NCBI RefSeq assembly: GCF_046119375.1
Contig: NW_027362769.1
Location: 143,406,001-143,470,000, forward strand
DNA length: 64,000 bases
DNA from: Phyllobates terribilis
Lineage: Eukaryota
Reading direction: 5' to 3'
Shown here: positions 34,164 to 47,224 of the stretch, piece after piece
Numbering within the stretch: the first letter of the stretch is position 1
Layout of the letters: the number at the start of each line of letters is the position of its first letter
Program-made: the position numbers and the translations under genes
Notes under the pieces: generated by a model
What the model was told of the DNA's origin: nothing
What the model saw: the letters and a program-made list of their open reading frames with translations, nothing else
Database searches by the model: none

Positions 34164-34993
34164 TGTGACATGCAGAAGTAGTGCTGTTGCTTCAAAAGCA
34201 TCCAGCAACTGTTACGAATAACACAAGCACAGGAGACAGGAAGTGTTGTGCTTCAGAAGCATCCAGCAACTAGAGGGGTTAGCACAGTCACAGGAGAAGG
34301 AGAGTGTTTTAGCAGAGCCCCAGGGGGATTGTGGGGAACTTGTTATTGTAGTCTGGTTGAAGCCAAAGAGAAAGGTGGTATGTTGTATGGATCTGAGAAA
34401 ATGTAACTGAACAGGATTCAGATCAGGAGAGAAACTAAACAGAGGTCAGATAAACTCCCTGAACTAACAGTGCAGAGTATTATCGGGCAGGAAGATAAGG
34501 ACTGGAAGGAATTGTGTCACAGGGATCATCTCCCTCATCACCCCCCCACCCCATCTCCATGCAGAATAAAGAATGCTGTTTACTATTGAGTCCTTGTGAA
34601 GGAAAAGCCTGTGGTTGTGTATGCATAGAAGTGTGCTGTTAAGAAATCTAATCTATGCTGAATTATGCTACTGAAGAGACTGTAATACTGTGCCTTGTGA
34701 AGAAACTACTGTATTGTTACTGGAGCCGGTTGCTCAAGCAACTCAGACTGTACTGTAATGAAGATTGTTGCTGTAATATCCCTGAATTGCACTGGCCGTG
34801 CTTCAGATTAGTTTCCACTGTTAAACTGTTGAAAAAGACTCTTGTCAGATGTGTCTGGTCAGCAATTGAATCTAACGTATGCCTGTGAGAAGCTGCAGCC
34901 TATAATCACCCTGAGTAACAGTTCCCCCAGGATTCCAAAGAATTCATGAAACCTGTCTCGCCCCTATCTGAACCTAGCGGCGTGCGTGTAACA
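34164..34993. mobile_element. Solo LTR (830 bp)
   Basis: TGTGACA...TGTAACA termini; 4-bp TSD AATA at 34160-34163 and 34994-34997; AATAAA at ~34564. Confidence 0.75.
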
Positions 34994-35123
34994 AATACCA
35001 TTTTAGATTACAAGCAACATTTTTAATGACTTATTCTGTCATTTTTTTGTAGTGTCCAAAAAAAACCCAGAAACCTTCATATTCTTTTTTAGTTTCTTTA
35101 CTGTAAGGGGGGCAGGGGGTCAC

Positions 35124-35384
35124 CATTTCTGGTGACTACCTCTTGAAGCTCATCAAGAGAATGCCAAGAGTGTGCAAAGCAGTCATCGAAGCAAAAGGTG
35201 GCTACTTTGAAGAACCAAGAATATAAGACATATTTTCAGTTGTTTCACACTTTTTTGTTAAGTATATAATTCCACATGTGTTAATTCATAGTTTTGATGC
35301 CTTCAGTGTGAATGTACAATGTTCAAAGTCATGAAAATACAGAAAACTCTTTAAATGAGAAGGTGTGTCCAAACTTTTGGTCTG
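35124..35384 (+). mobile_element. Isolated TIR of the DD38E Tc1-like family
   Basis: Matches 10801-11062 and 40433-40680; ends CCAAACTTTTGGTCTG|TA. Confidence 0.85.
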
Positions 35385-35410
35385 TACTGTGTATATATAT
35401 ATATACACAT

Positions 35411-36470
35411 TACAGCCACTCTTACTGCGTGGAAAGTTGATTAAAATGGCGGTGGATGAGGGACTTGTGAATTGGATAATTGACTACCTGTCGGATAGGC
35501 CACAGTTTGTTAGGTGGGGGACGGCTACATCAGATAGTGTACTGAGCAGTGTCGGAGCCCCGCAGGGAACAGTGCTGTCGCCATTCCTCTTTACATTGTA
35601 CACAGCTGACTTTCAGTATAAATCAGACCGTTGTCACCTCCAGAAGTACTCGGATGACTCTGTGATAGTTGGCGGTATTGGGAAGGACCAGGATGAAGAG
35701 GAATATAGAATGGTGGTTGCGGACTTTGTAGTATTGTGCCCGGCTAACTATCTAGAACTAAATGTTAAGAAAACCAGGGAGTTGGTGATGAGCTATGGAA
35801 GGTGCAAGAAGGTATGCCTACCTGTTACCATTGACGGTCAGGATGTGGAGATGGTGGACAGTTTCAAATATTTGGGGGTTTACCTGGATAGCAAGCTAGA
35901 CTGGAAGTGCCACATGGAGAAGGTCTACAAGAAGGGGATGAGTAGATTGTACTTCCTAAGGAAGTTAAGGTCTTTTAATGTGTGTGGCAAAATGCTTGAG
36001 GTGTTCTACCAATCCATTGTGGCTAGTGCCACCTTTGCGGCAATAATTTGCTGGGGTAACAGTGTGCGTGTTGCTGACGCCAACAAGCTCAACAAACTTA
36101 TAGAGAAGGCTAGCGCGACGGCGGGCCTACAGCTTGGGATTTTTGAAGAGGTGGTAGAGGATAGGATTAAGAAGAAGTGCAGAGCTATAATGGGCAACAA
36201 CACACACCCGCTTTATGAACTGTTTGCGAAACAGAAGAGCACATTCAGCAATCGCCTAATACAACTAAGGTGTAAAAAGGAAAAATACAGGAGATCGTTT
36301 GTTCCAACAGCTATGGGGGTGTTTAACAAATGTCTGAAAAGCAATGTCTAAAGCATTCCAAATGTTATGTTATTATATGTGTCATGTTCGAGATCTGTGT
36401 TCTGCTGCTGTGATACCGCAATTTCCTCCGGGATAAAAATAAAGTATATCTTATATCTTATCTTATCTTA
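35411..36470 (+). mobile_element. 5'-truncated non-LTR retrotransposon (Rex1/Babar-like), RT C-terminal half
   Basis: GAPQGTVLSPFLFTLYTADF, KYSDD, LNVKKTREL, FKYLGVYLD and SRLYFLRKLRSF motifs; stop at 36351; AATAAA followed by a (TCTTA)n tail. Confidence 0.85.
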
Positions 36471-36481
36471 TATATATATTA

Positions 36482-38127
36482 CAGTTAGGTCCATGTATAT
36501 TTGGACAGAGACAACATTTTTCTAATTTTGGTTCTAGACATTACCACAATGAATTTTAAACAAAACAATTCAGATGCAGTTGAAGTTCAGACTTTCAGCT
36601 TTCATTTGAGGGTATCCACATTAAAATTGGATGAAGGGTTTAGGAGTTTCAACTCTTTAACATGTGCCACCCTGTTTTTAAAGGGACCAAAAGTAATTGG
36701 ACAATTGACTCCAAGGCTATTTCATGGACAGGTGTGGGCAATCCCTTCGTTATGTCATTTTCAATTAAGCAGCTAAAGGCCTGGAGTTGATTTGAGGTGT
36801 GGTGCTTGCATTTGGAAGGTTTTGCTGTGAAGTAAACATGCGGTCAAAGGAGCTCTCCATGCAGGTGAAACAAGCCATCCTTAAGCTGCAAAAACAGAAA
36901 AAACCCATCCGAGAAATTGCTACAATATTAGGAGTGGCAAAATCTACAGTTTGGTACATCCTGAGAAAGAAAGAAAGCACTGGTGAACTCATCAATGCAA
37001 AAAGACCTGGGCGCCCACAGAAGACAACAGTGGTGGATGATCACAGAATAATCTCCATGGTGAAGAGAAACCCCTTCACAACAGCCAGCCAAGTGAACAA
37101 CACTCTCCAGGAGGTAGGCGTATCAGTATCCAAATCTACCATAAAGAGAAGACTGCATGAAAGTAAATACAGAGGGTTCACTGCACGGTGCAAGCCACTC
37201 ATAAGCATCAAGAAGAAAAAGGCTAGACTGGACTTTGCTAAAAAACATCTAAAAAAGCTAGCACAGTTCTGGAAGAACATTCTTTGGACAGATGAAACCA
37301 AGATCAACCTCTACCAGAATGATGGAAAGAGAAAAGTATGGTGAAGGTGTGGTACAGCTCATGATCCAAAGCATACCACATCATCTGTAAAACATGGTGG
37401 AGGCAGTGTGATGGCTTGGGCATGCATGGCTGCCAGTGGCACTGGGTCACTAGTGTTTATTGATGATGTGACACAGGACAGAAGCAGCCAAATGATTTCT
37501 GATGTATTCAGAGCCATACTGTGTGCTCAGATCCAGCCAAATGCAGCCAAACTGATTGGTCGTCGTTTCATACTACAGATGGACAATGACCCAAAACATA
37601 AAGCCAAAGCAACCCAGGAGTTTATTAAAGCAAAGAAGTGGAATATTCTTGAATGGCCAAGTCAGTCACCTGATCTCAACCCAATTGAGCAGCATTTCAC
37701 TTGTTAAAGACTAAACTTCAGACAGAAAGGCCCACAAACAAACAGCAACTGAAAACCACCACAGTGAAGGCCTGGCAGAGCATCAAAAAGGAGGAAACAC
37801 AGCGTCTAGTGATGTCCATGAGTTCAAGACTTCAGGCAGTCATTGCCAACAAAGGGTTTTCAACCAAGTACTAGAAATGAACATTTTATTTACAATTATT
37901 TAATCTGTCCAATTACTTTTGGTCCCTTTAAAAACAGGGTGGCACATGTTAAGGAGCTGAAACTCCTAAACCCTTCATTCAATTTTAATGTGGATACCCT
38001 CAAATGAAAGCTGAAAGTCTGAACTTCAACTGCATCTGAATTGTTTTGTCTAAAATTCATTGTGGTAATGTCTAGAACCAAAATTAGAAAAATGTTGGCT
38101 CCGTCAAAATATATATGGACCTAACTG
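36482..38127 (+). mobile_element. Full-length Tc1-like DD34E transposon, copy B
   Basis: Near-identical to 26032-27677. ATG at 36838, N-terminus intact, CGA>TGA stop at 37342-37344 and a 1-bp deletion at ~37692. TA flanks. Confidence 0.93.
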
Positions 38128-38146
38128 TATATATATACATACAATA

Positions 38147-40680
38147 CAGACCAAAAGTTTGGACACACCTTCTCATTTAAAGATTTTTCTGTATTTTCAT
38201 GAGTATGAAAATTGTACATTCACACTGAAGGCATCAAAACTAAGAATTAACACATGTGGAATTATATACTTAACAAAAAAGTGTGAAACAACTGAAAATA
38301 TGTCTTATATTCTAGGTTCTTCAAAGTAGCCACCTTTTGCTTTGATGACTGCTTTGCACACTCTTGGCATTCTCTTGATGTGCTTCAAGAGGTAGTCACC
38401 GGAAATGGTCTTCCAACAATCTTGAAGGAGTTCCCAGAGATGCTTAGCACTTGTTGGCCCTTTGCCTTCACTCTGCGGTCCAGCTCACCCCAAACCATCT
38501 CGATTGGGTTCAGGTCTGTTGACTGTGGAGGCCAGGTCATCTGGCGTAGCACCCTATCATTCTCCTTCTTGGTCAAATAGCCCATACACAGCCTGGAGGT
38601 GTGTTTGGGGATAGGCTAAGGACAGGCAACAAGCAGAAGAGACTTGTTTGGGCAAAAGAACACAAGGAATGGACATTAGACCAGTGGAAATCTGTGCTTT
38701 GGTCTGAGGAGTCCAAATTTGAGATCTTTGGTTCCAACCACTGTGTCTTTGTGCGACGCCGAAAAGGTGAACGGATGGACTCTACATGCCTGATTCCCAC
38801 CGTGAAACATGGAGGAGGAGGTGTGATGGTGTGGGGGTGCTTTGCTGGTGGTGACACTATTGGGGATTTATTCAAAATTGAAGGTATACTAAACCAGAAT
38901 GGCTGCCACAGCATCTATTCCATCCGGTTTGCGTTTAGTTGGACCATCATTTATTTTTCAACAAGACAATGACCCCAAACACACCTTCAGGCTGTGTAAG
39001 GGCTATTTGACCAAGAAGGAGAGTGATGGGGTGCTACGCCAGATGACCTGGCCTCCACAGTCACCAGACCTGATCCCAATCGAGATGGTTTGGGGTGAGC
39101 TGGACCGCAGAGTGAAGGCAAAGGGCCAACAAGTGCTAAGCATCTCTGGGAACTCCTTCAAGATTGTTGGAAGACCATTTCCGGTGAATGTGACGCCCTT
39201 CCTGAGCTTTGGGGTTACACGGAGCCGAGTCAGTGTCGGGGTCGCGGGGAGGGATGTAATCGTGGCTTCGACCCGGTCCGTGCCCAGGGCTGTCACATAA
39301 AAATATTGGGCTTTCAAGGATGAGTGGTATTTCGACTACGCCACCTGCGGATCCTGGTGACGGCCACCAGCGCTGCGTCAGTCCTCTGAGGCCGGTGTTC
39401 TAGCAGCTCAGATGTTACTACTCCCCACAGGCGGAGTAGGCCTCAGGGCAGAGAGAGTAGGAGGACTATGTGGAAGTATGATGGGTGCAGTGCCGGGCAG
39501 GAATAAACAAGCTGAGGCGGTGTATGAAGTCATCCGGGTCTTTACTCACTTTATGTGAACTTTCAGCCGCAAAGCTTCTCTCTGCTACACACGGCGTACT
39601 GCGGCCACTAGGAAGGGGGTTCAGCACTTCCCAGGTAGATCAGGAGCACCTGTCGAGACCCCGCTGGTGTGTGTTCCTCTCCTTGGTAAGTTCTCCCACT
39701 GAGTCTTCTCCTGACTGTGTGTGGTACGAACGTGGTGTAAGGCCGGGTCCCACTGGATAAACGCAGTGTGAGGGATACAGGTGGCGACTCCGCTCCATCT
39801 GTATCCCCCTGGGATCCACTAAGCCTCTTCCAACTGAGACGTGAAGTAACAAAGTCAGATGTCGGGGGCTGGTTACCCCTTTTGCAGCAGGAATCCCTCT
39901 GGCTTGGCCAGAATAGAGAATACAGGTGGCAACTCCGCTCCGTCCGTATCCCCCTGGGATCCTTTTGCCTGTGGAGCTCCACTCCCAGGCCTTCTTAGGA
40001 CAGGACCTTGACCGGGTAGAAACAGTGGTTAAATCTGACCCGCTCCTCGTCTCAAGGCCAGAGTACGAGGATCGCGAACCTTCGGCCAGCTACAGCCTCT
40101 TGCTGGACCCTGACAGAAGACCCTCAATCAAAGACGTTGAACCTAAGATGGCCGTAGATTAAATATGAATCAATAAGTGTTTCCTAAAAGTGTGTCCTCC
40201 ACTCTCACCCACTACATGGTTCCCCCTATCTTTTGGTTCCCCCCATCTCCTCTATCCCGGGCCGGGGCAGCACCCTGGTGCATTCAGGCCCCCTACAGGA
40301 CAGGAGTGGTGTAGTGTTGAGTGGTGAAGTGGGGTCCAGAGTGATGCTCCATCCTTACCCGGAAGAAGAGATACCACACCTCTATCTGAGGTGCAGTACC
40401 CTTGTGGCGACTGAACCCTCAGGGGCGCCACAACTACCTCTTGAAGCTCATCAAGAGAATGCCAAGAGTGTGCAAAGCAGTCATCAAAGCAAAAGGTGGC
40501 TACTTTGAAGAACCTAGAATATGAGACATATTTTCAGTTTATTCACACTTTTTTGTTAAGTATATAATTCCACATGTGTTAATTCATAGTTTTGATGCCT
40601 TCAGTGTGAATGTACAATTTTCATAGTCATGAAAATACAGAAAAATCTTTAAATGAAAAGGTGTCCAAACTTTTGGTCTG
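38147..40680 (+). mobile_element. Rearranged DD38E Tc1-like element with extended inverted arms, interrupted by a solo LTR
   Basis: TA-flanked TIRs at both ends. 38147-38610 is the inverse of 38973-39186 plus 40433-40680. QQDNDPKH-(38)-E spacing. Confidence 0.85.
39191..40432 (-). mobile_element. Solo LTR related to the tRNA-Ser non-autonomous family
   Basis: TGACGCCC...GGGGCGCCACA termini. Shares GACCCGGTCCGTGCCCAGGG, CGACTACGCCA, CTCCATCCTTACCCGG and CCTCAGGG blocks with the LTRs of copies 1 and 2. TSD is degenerate (aatg/acta). Confidence 0.75.
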
Positions 40681-40685
40681 TACTG

Positions 40686-41440
40686 TGTAAGGCAGCACTA
40701 GACATCACAATGGGGAATGCTCGCTTCGCTGCGACAATCAATGCACATGTGCAATGTCTTTCCGTTTTTTAAACAGTGCTCAGCAGTTTATTACTTCATA
40801 AACCGCATATGACCGGGTCCAACTCAGTGGCACGCCGACACACATATATATAATATTCACGAGCCAAGTGACCCACCGGCCCACTTGCTCCAGGTACAGC
40901 CTTCAGCAAGGTAATAACATAGCAATGTCCATATTAATGTCCATATAACACAGGGTATTACCTTTGCCGGGTTTAGCTGTCTCAGTCCATTACTCCGCCA
41001 CCACTGTGGCTTTGCGGCTTCCCAGGTGGGGGTCTCCAGCCGTCGTTCCCTCAAAGGACTATTCATCAAAACCTCTGCCTTCCAAGGCCACTAGCATCCA
41101 CACAGGATCCAGTCTCGACCTTTCAGGCACCAGGCTTCACTCGGCCTCACTAGGCCTCACGCGGTCAGTGTCCCACACACACGGGAACAGGCCTTACGCC
41201 TCTCTCACAGAACACACCTGTCTCCCATCAAGCAGGGTTTATATATGCATCCCGTGCACACACAGACACACTGACAGGACCTTGCTGATGTCACAGTCAT
41301 GTGATCAGACAGACATTCTGTGCGGCCAGGACCTGTGCTATGTCACAGTCATGTGACCAGTCACCTGAGGGGGAAGGTACATGGTCAGGTGAAACACATC
41401 CTGGACCATTACCGTAATGCCAGCAAGTCGCTGCATTACA
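40686..41440. mobile_element. Solo LTR (755 bp)
   Basis: Terminal inverted TGTAAGGCAGC / GCTGCATTACA; exact 4-bp TSD ACTG at 40682-40685 and 41441-41444. Confidence 0.8.
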
Positions 41441-41468
41441 ACTGTATGTATGTATGTGTGTATGTATG

Positions 41469-41504
<36 letters not shown>

Positions 41505-42450
41505 ATGTATATATGCATATATCTATTTTTTTTACTTAGTTAGTCCCCTTATAGGATCTGAACCTGCAATTGTCCGATCGCTTGTACTATATACAGTAAT
41601 ACTATAGTATTGCAGTATATGGTAAAACTCACGGTCTCCAATGAGACCATCCACGGGCAAGGGAATGTTCTGCAGACCCTCAGGGGGGGGCAATGAGCAT
41701 TTGGAATGGTGCTTCCCCCAGATTGTGTGCTGTAAATGCTGCTCTCAGAGATTGACAGTAGCATTGAAAAAGTTACCAGCAGCGAGTGGAGCTTTGCTCT
41801 GCTTGCTGCTGTTAGTGGCAGATGATGGCTGTGTAGCACACCCATTAAATGTAGGCAATGATTCAAGCTCCGTTTCTGAGCTTGCATCAAAGACTAGAAC
41901 CTGACGTATGAAGCAAATGTATGTCAAATGGTAGGAAGGTGATCAGTGCAGAATTACTACTTCTTAAAAAATGCATTGCAAAAGTGCCACATTGTTTCTG
42001 CATTAGAAAAAGATAAAATGCATTTAATAAAGCAACAAAGCAATGAAGAGAGCGGATTGTTTTTCATATTTTGGTATGAATGAACACAAGCAGAAAAAAT
42101 GCAGCATTTCTACAAATGGGAACATGGCCAAAGACTCCTATCTGTAGCTGGTATAAATACTGGGATTATAAAGCGACTCTGATGACTCTTTTGCATCATT
42201 CAGTCTTTTACCATTAAATAAAATACGTACATTCTGACTGGGCCACCGGCTGCCATTAAACAACCCATCGGGTTCCCACGTTCATATCACAATGGCTAAA
42301 TGGGGGTGACAGAAGGTCCCACCTATTTTACCGCTTAGATGCCACGGTGTCTGTTCACCACAGCATCTAAGGGGTTAAACCAGCTAGCTTCAAGTACAGA
42401 AGTTACTGGCCAGTGTCTGCTCTGTAAAATAGTAGTTATATACTGTATGC

Positions 42451-45400
42451 TGTGGTAAGTCGTCTGCTTCCGGAAGTAGATTCAGGAACCGTATTTTCTC
42501 TGCAGGCTTTATTATGTGGCATAAAGCCCTGCAGCTCCAGCAGAAATAAACCCAGCCTTACTGGCAAAACAACAGAACAAAAGATAAACTATAGCACAGT
42601 CCATAGCAGTGTGGGATTCACCCACACAGGTTGTAGTCCCAGCTTTCAGCTCCTCTCTGATCTGTGGCTTTTCCAGTCTGGAGACCTTGCCTCTCCAGAC
42701 AAAACAACAGAAAAAAAAAATGGTGACTGAGCATTTAAACCTTGCTCAGTCACACCCTGATGGGAGGTAGTGTGAATGGCTTCCCACCCTCTTTGCCATT
42801 CACATAAAACCACACACCCTTTAGTGAGTTGACCCCTAGCATATAACTTGCTGGCAGAAATTTTGCAGGTTTAGTTCACACAGGCTAGCAACCTGAGTGA
42901 CACATACCTCCCCTCGTATATCACACCTGTGACTCTGTCACATATTTCCCCCCTCTGCCCAAAGCCCCAGGTTTGGACACCTTCCAATACCAGACAGGGA
43001 ATTCTAGAAAGGGCATCAGCGTCCCTGTGTAACTTCCCTGGCCTATGCTCCGCGTGAAAGTTAAAGTCCTGAAGAGCTAGGAACCATCTAGTTACCCTGG
43101 CATTTTTACCCCTCTTTTCCCTCAACCATCTCAAAAGGGCATGGTCTGACATCAACTTAAACTTCTGGCCTAGTAGGTAATATCTTAGTGTATCTACGGC
43201 CCACTTTATGGCTAAACACTCTTTTTCTACTATAGCGTAGTTTTTCTCGCAGGACGAGAGCTTCCGGCTTAGATAGAGAATGGGATGTTCTTACCCATTT
43301 ATCTCTTGAGAGAGTATGGCTCCTAGGCCACCTTCTGAAGCATCTGTGTGGACCACAAATTCTTTCTTAAAGTCTGGTGCAACCAGGACCGGCTTCTTAC
43401 ACAGTGCTAGCTTCAACTGTTGAAACGCCGTCTCTGTTTCCTCCGTCCACTTCACCATGGTTGATCTGGTGTCTTTTAGGAGATCCGTCAGTGGCGTGGC
43501 CATCGTGGAAAAATTTGGGATAGACCGGCGGTAATATCCCACCATTCCCAGGAACGCTCTTACTTGCTTCTTGGAGAGTGTTTGCGGCCAGGTCTGGATT
43601 GGCCCCCTGTAGTCCGAACGGCATCCGAGTGTATTGAAAGCACCCATCAGGTGTCGTGAAAGCCGTCTTCTCCTTGGTCATCTGTGACATGGAGATCTGC
43701 CAATAACTCTTCGTCAGGTCAAGGGTGGTGATATACCTTGCTGGTCCCAGCCTCTCGATGAACTCGTCGACGCGGGGCATTGGGTATGCGTCGCACTTAG
43801 ATAACTCATTCAGCCGGTGGTAGTCATTACAAAACCTCCACTATCCATTGGGTTTTGGCACGAGGGCGATTGGGCTCAACCAACCAGTCTTTGACTCCTC
43901 TATCACACCGAGGTCTAACATCCTCTTCACCTCGGCCGAGATCACCTCTCGGCGTGCTTCAGGAATCCGGTACGGCTTCAGGTTCACTCTTTCATATGTG
44001 GCTCTGTTAGCACGTCATGCTCTACCACTTGAGTATGCCCCGGCAACTCTGAGAACAGATCACAATTCTGCTGTAGCAGTTCTCGACACTGTTGCTTCTG
44101 GGCCGGCGATAGTCTCTGCTATAGTGACCTCTTATACCTTGCCTTCGGGAGCGGCTCTCAGACAAGGAGCTCCCACGGGTTCCTGATCTCGCCACAGCTT
44201 GAGAAGGTTTACATGGTACACCTGGTGCGGCTTTCTTCAGCCAGGCTTGTGGACTTGGTAGTTCACTTCATTAAGTTTCTCCACCAACTCATACGGGCTT
44301 TGCCACTTGGCCAGGAACTTACTTTCGACAGTGGGAATGAGAACCAGAACGCAATACCCAGGCTGGAACTGTCTCAGTCTGGCTGACCGGTTATACACCC
44401 TCGCCTGGGCTTCCTGCGCCCGGAGATGTTCCTTCACAAGGGGTATCACTTTCGCCATTCTCTCCTGTAACTGTTCGACATGTTCGAAGATGCTCTGGTG
44501 AGGCGTGACCTCAGCCTCCCAGGTTTCCTTGGCTATGTCTAGGAGACCCATTGGATGTCAGCCATACAGAAGTTCGAACGCAGAGAAGCCAGTGGAGGCT
44601 TGAGGAACTTCTCTGATGGAGAAGAGCAGGAACGGTAGCAGATAGTCCCAGTCACATCCATCCTTCTCGACGACCTTTTTGAGCATTGCTTTCAGGGTCT
44701 TATTAAAGCGCTCCTCCAGGCCATCGGTCTGCGTATGGTAAACGGAGGTTCACAGCTGGGTAATCTGAAGAACTTTACACATCTCCTTCATCACCTTGCT
44801 CACCAATAGGGTTCCTTGTCCGTCAGGATTTCATTCGGCAGGCCGGTCCTGGCAAAGATGTGGACAAGTCCTCGGGCTATGTTACTACTGGACGAGTTCC
44901 TTAAGGGTACCACTTCGGGGTACCGGGTCACATAGTCCATGCCCACCATGATGTACTGGTGGCCCCGGGCCAATTTAACTAAGGGACCCATGAGGTCCAT
45001 GGAAATCCTCTCAAAGGGAACTACGGAAGTGGAAGGTGGGCACGGTTATCTGGCAGGTGGGGCAGGATCTACAATTGTTTATGATCTCCAGGTGACATCC
45101 TGGCCAGTAAAACCTCCTCACTATTTTCTCCTGAGTTTTTTCAAATCCTAGCGGTCCCCCCAGAATATCTGAGTGGGCCATGTCCAATACCCTCCGACGG
45201 TATGGCCCTGGAACTAACAGCTGTTCCACTACCTCTTCACCTTTTAATTTGGCTACCCGGTATAATTGCTCCCCCTGAACTCTAAAGTGTGGGTACCTGG
45301 TGTCCGCCCCTGGCTCTAGAGCAACACCATTACAAACCGTAATATTGTACCACGCCTCTTTCAAGGTCAAGTCCCGAACTTGAGCTGACCCAAAGTTCTC

Positions 45401-45990
45401 TCCGGGCACCTCTAATTCAGGGACGTCGACTCCCTTGGTCACAGTCTCGTCCTCATCGCCGACAAGGACACACAGTGGGAACTCATCCACTTCCGATGTC
45501 AACCGGGGTATTTCTCTAGGGTCTTGGCTTTTGTCCCCGTGACTCAGTCTGGATCCCTTCCCCCACAAGTCCCAGAGCAAGGGAAAATTGCGCCCCAATA
45601 CGACCTTGTGGGATTGGGCGCCACAGTCTGTTCCGACTGTCACTCTGGCCACCGGGTAGTTCTTGGTGTCCCCATGTATACAGCGGACGGCCACAGATTT
45701 GGTAGGGATCAGCTGGTGGGGAATGGTGACACTGATTAAGGTTACCAGACTCCCGGAGTCCAACAGCCCCAGGACCATCACTCCATTAACGGATACGGCA
45801 CACGTCTGCGGCCCTTCGCCGGGTTGACAGTCCACACTGCAGGCTGGGTAAGCATAGTAAGAACATCGTCTGCCTAGGCTGCAGTCCATTGGCTCAGCTA
45901 ATGTATGACACTGGGCGGCTACCTGTCCCGGATTGCGACACCGCCAACAGATCACATCCTTCACAACAGTCCTTGCAGCCCCTTCAGTGG
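42451..45990 (-). mobile_element. 5'-truncated Gmr1-type Gypsy element (gag knuckle-PR-IN-RT-RH), decayed
   Basis: CWRCRNPGQVAAQC knuckle and LLDSGS protease; integrase Zn-binding region (45000-45200) and core MDLMGP...MDYVTRYPE (44800-45000) lie upstream of RT (43400-43950) and RNase H (TDASEGGLGAIL, DADALSR). PPT at 42943-42957; 3' LTR 42451-42942. Confidence 0.88.
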
Positions 45991-46075
45991 AAGTGAAATA
46001 ATGAGCGGTGTGAGAAAAAGAAGAAAGAGAAAGAGCAAAGGAGCAAAAAGAGACAAAGACAAAGAAGAAGAAAGG

Positions 46076-46079
<4 letters not shown>

Positions 46080-46112
<33 letters not shown>
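46080..46112. repeat. (AG)n microsatellite within a purine-rich tract (~46010-46170)
   Basis: Direct reading. Confidence 0.95.
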
Positions 46113-46117
<5 letters not shown>

Positions 46118-47224
46118 CAGAAGAGAGAGGTACACAAGAGAGAAGGGGGAAGGAAGAGAAAGAGAGAAGTGTAGTAGACACGTTATTGTACTAGGTTACC
46201 ATTATTGGTATAAACATGGTTTTGTAAAAATGATATAAGGTTACTTTTGTTAAAAAAAATAAAAATATCCATATTAAAAAAAATCAATATGATGTCTTTG
46301 TTTACATGCCGCTGGCATGTGTCTGCTGCAGCCAATCAGTTGCTGCAAAGGTCATATCTATGCTGAACTCCGGCATCATGGCTCCCATCGCTGAGCGGTG
46401 ATGTCAGCTTTGTATCTACATGGACCCATTCCTTTGCTCAGCTTAACTCCTTCTCCACTGCTAGGATGTGACAGAGCTGCCGGTGAAGCAAATATGTGTA
46501 ATGTGTCTAGTTACATATGTATGTGTGTGATGTGTTTGTATGTGTAGTGTGACATATCCTAAGATGGAAAAAAAACATACATGTTTGTGCAATACTCTGT
46601 CACGAGATGATATATGTGGCGCCATCCAGTGGTTGTAATTTGTTTTGCAGCCTGTGAAAGGTTTTGCTAGCATTTTGCATTATTTTAATTGCATGTGTAT
46701 TACATATGTGTGTGAATATATATGTATCACATTACAGTAGTATGTACATTTATGTATAACACTTTTTCTTTTAGTGTACCAATTCTAAAAGTTATATACG
46801 GTATGTTTGCATGTGTACATTTTATGTTGATGGCCACTGTACCTGTGCACCAGGTGAAGAAAAGCTTTGTTACATGTTTGCTGTACCATATAGTAGTTAC
46901 TATCAATAGTTCTAATTTTTTGTAAGCCTTTTGTTTGGTTAATTATTGGGATTTTTCTAGGTAGATAACAGAACTAATGAGAATTAAATGGTAGTAAATA
47001 AAAAAAATAATCTGTAATGTATTTTCAGATGGAGATTCTCAGTAGTTTTCATTTGTCCATTACAATAGACTTGGATTGGAGCAAATGGTAAAAGAAAACA
47101 CCTTTTGGAATCCTGGCAGTGTGCCATAGGAAATATTTTTCTTATTATTGTCTTATTACTGTGTGGCCACTGGGTGTCACTGCAGTGCCATATATACATT
47201 TATGTTCGTCTCTTGGTCTGCTGC

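Noticed and set aside
45950-46181. Apparent hydrophobic N-terminal extension of the 374-aa Gmr1 ORF (LSLSLSL...FFFF)
   Set aside because: Read-through into the (AG)n/purine tract beyond the element's truncation point.
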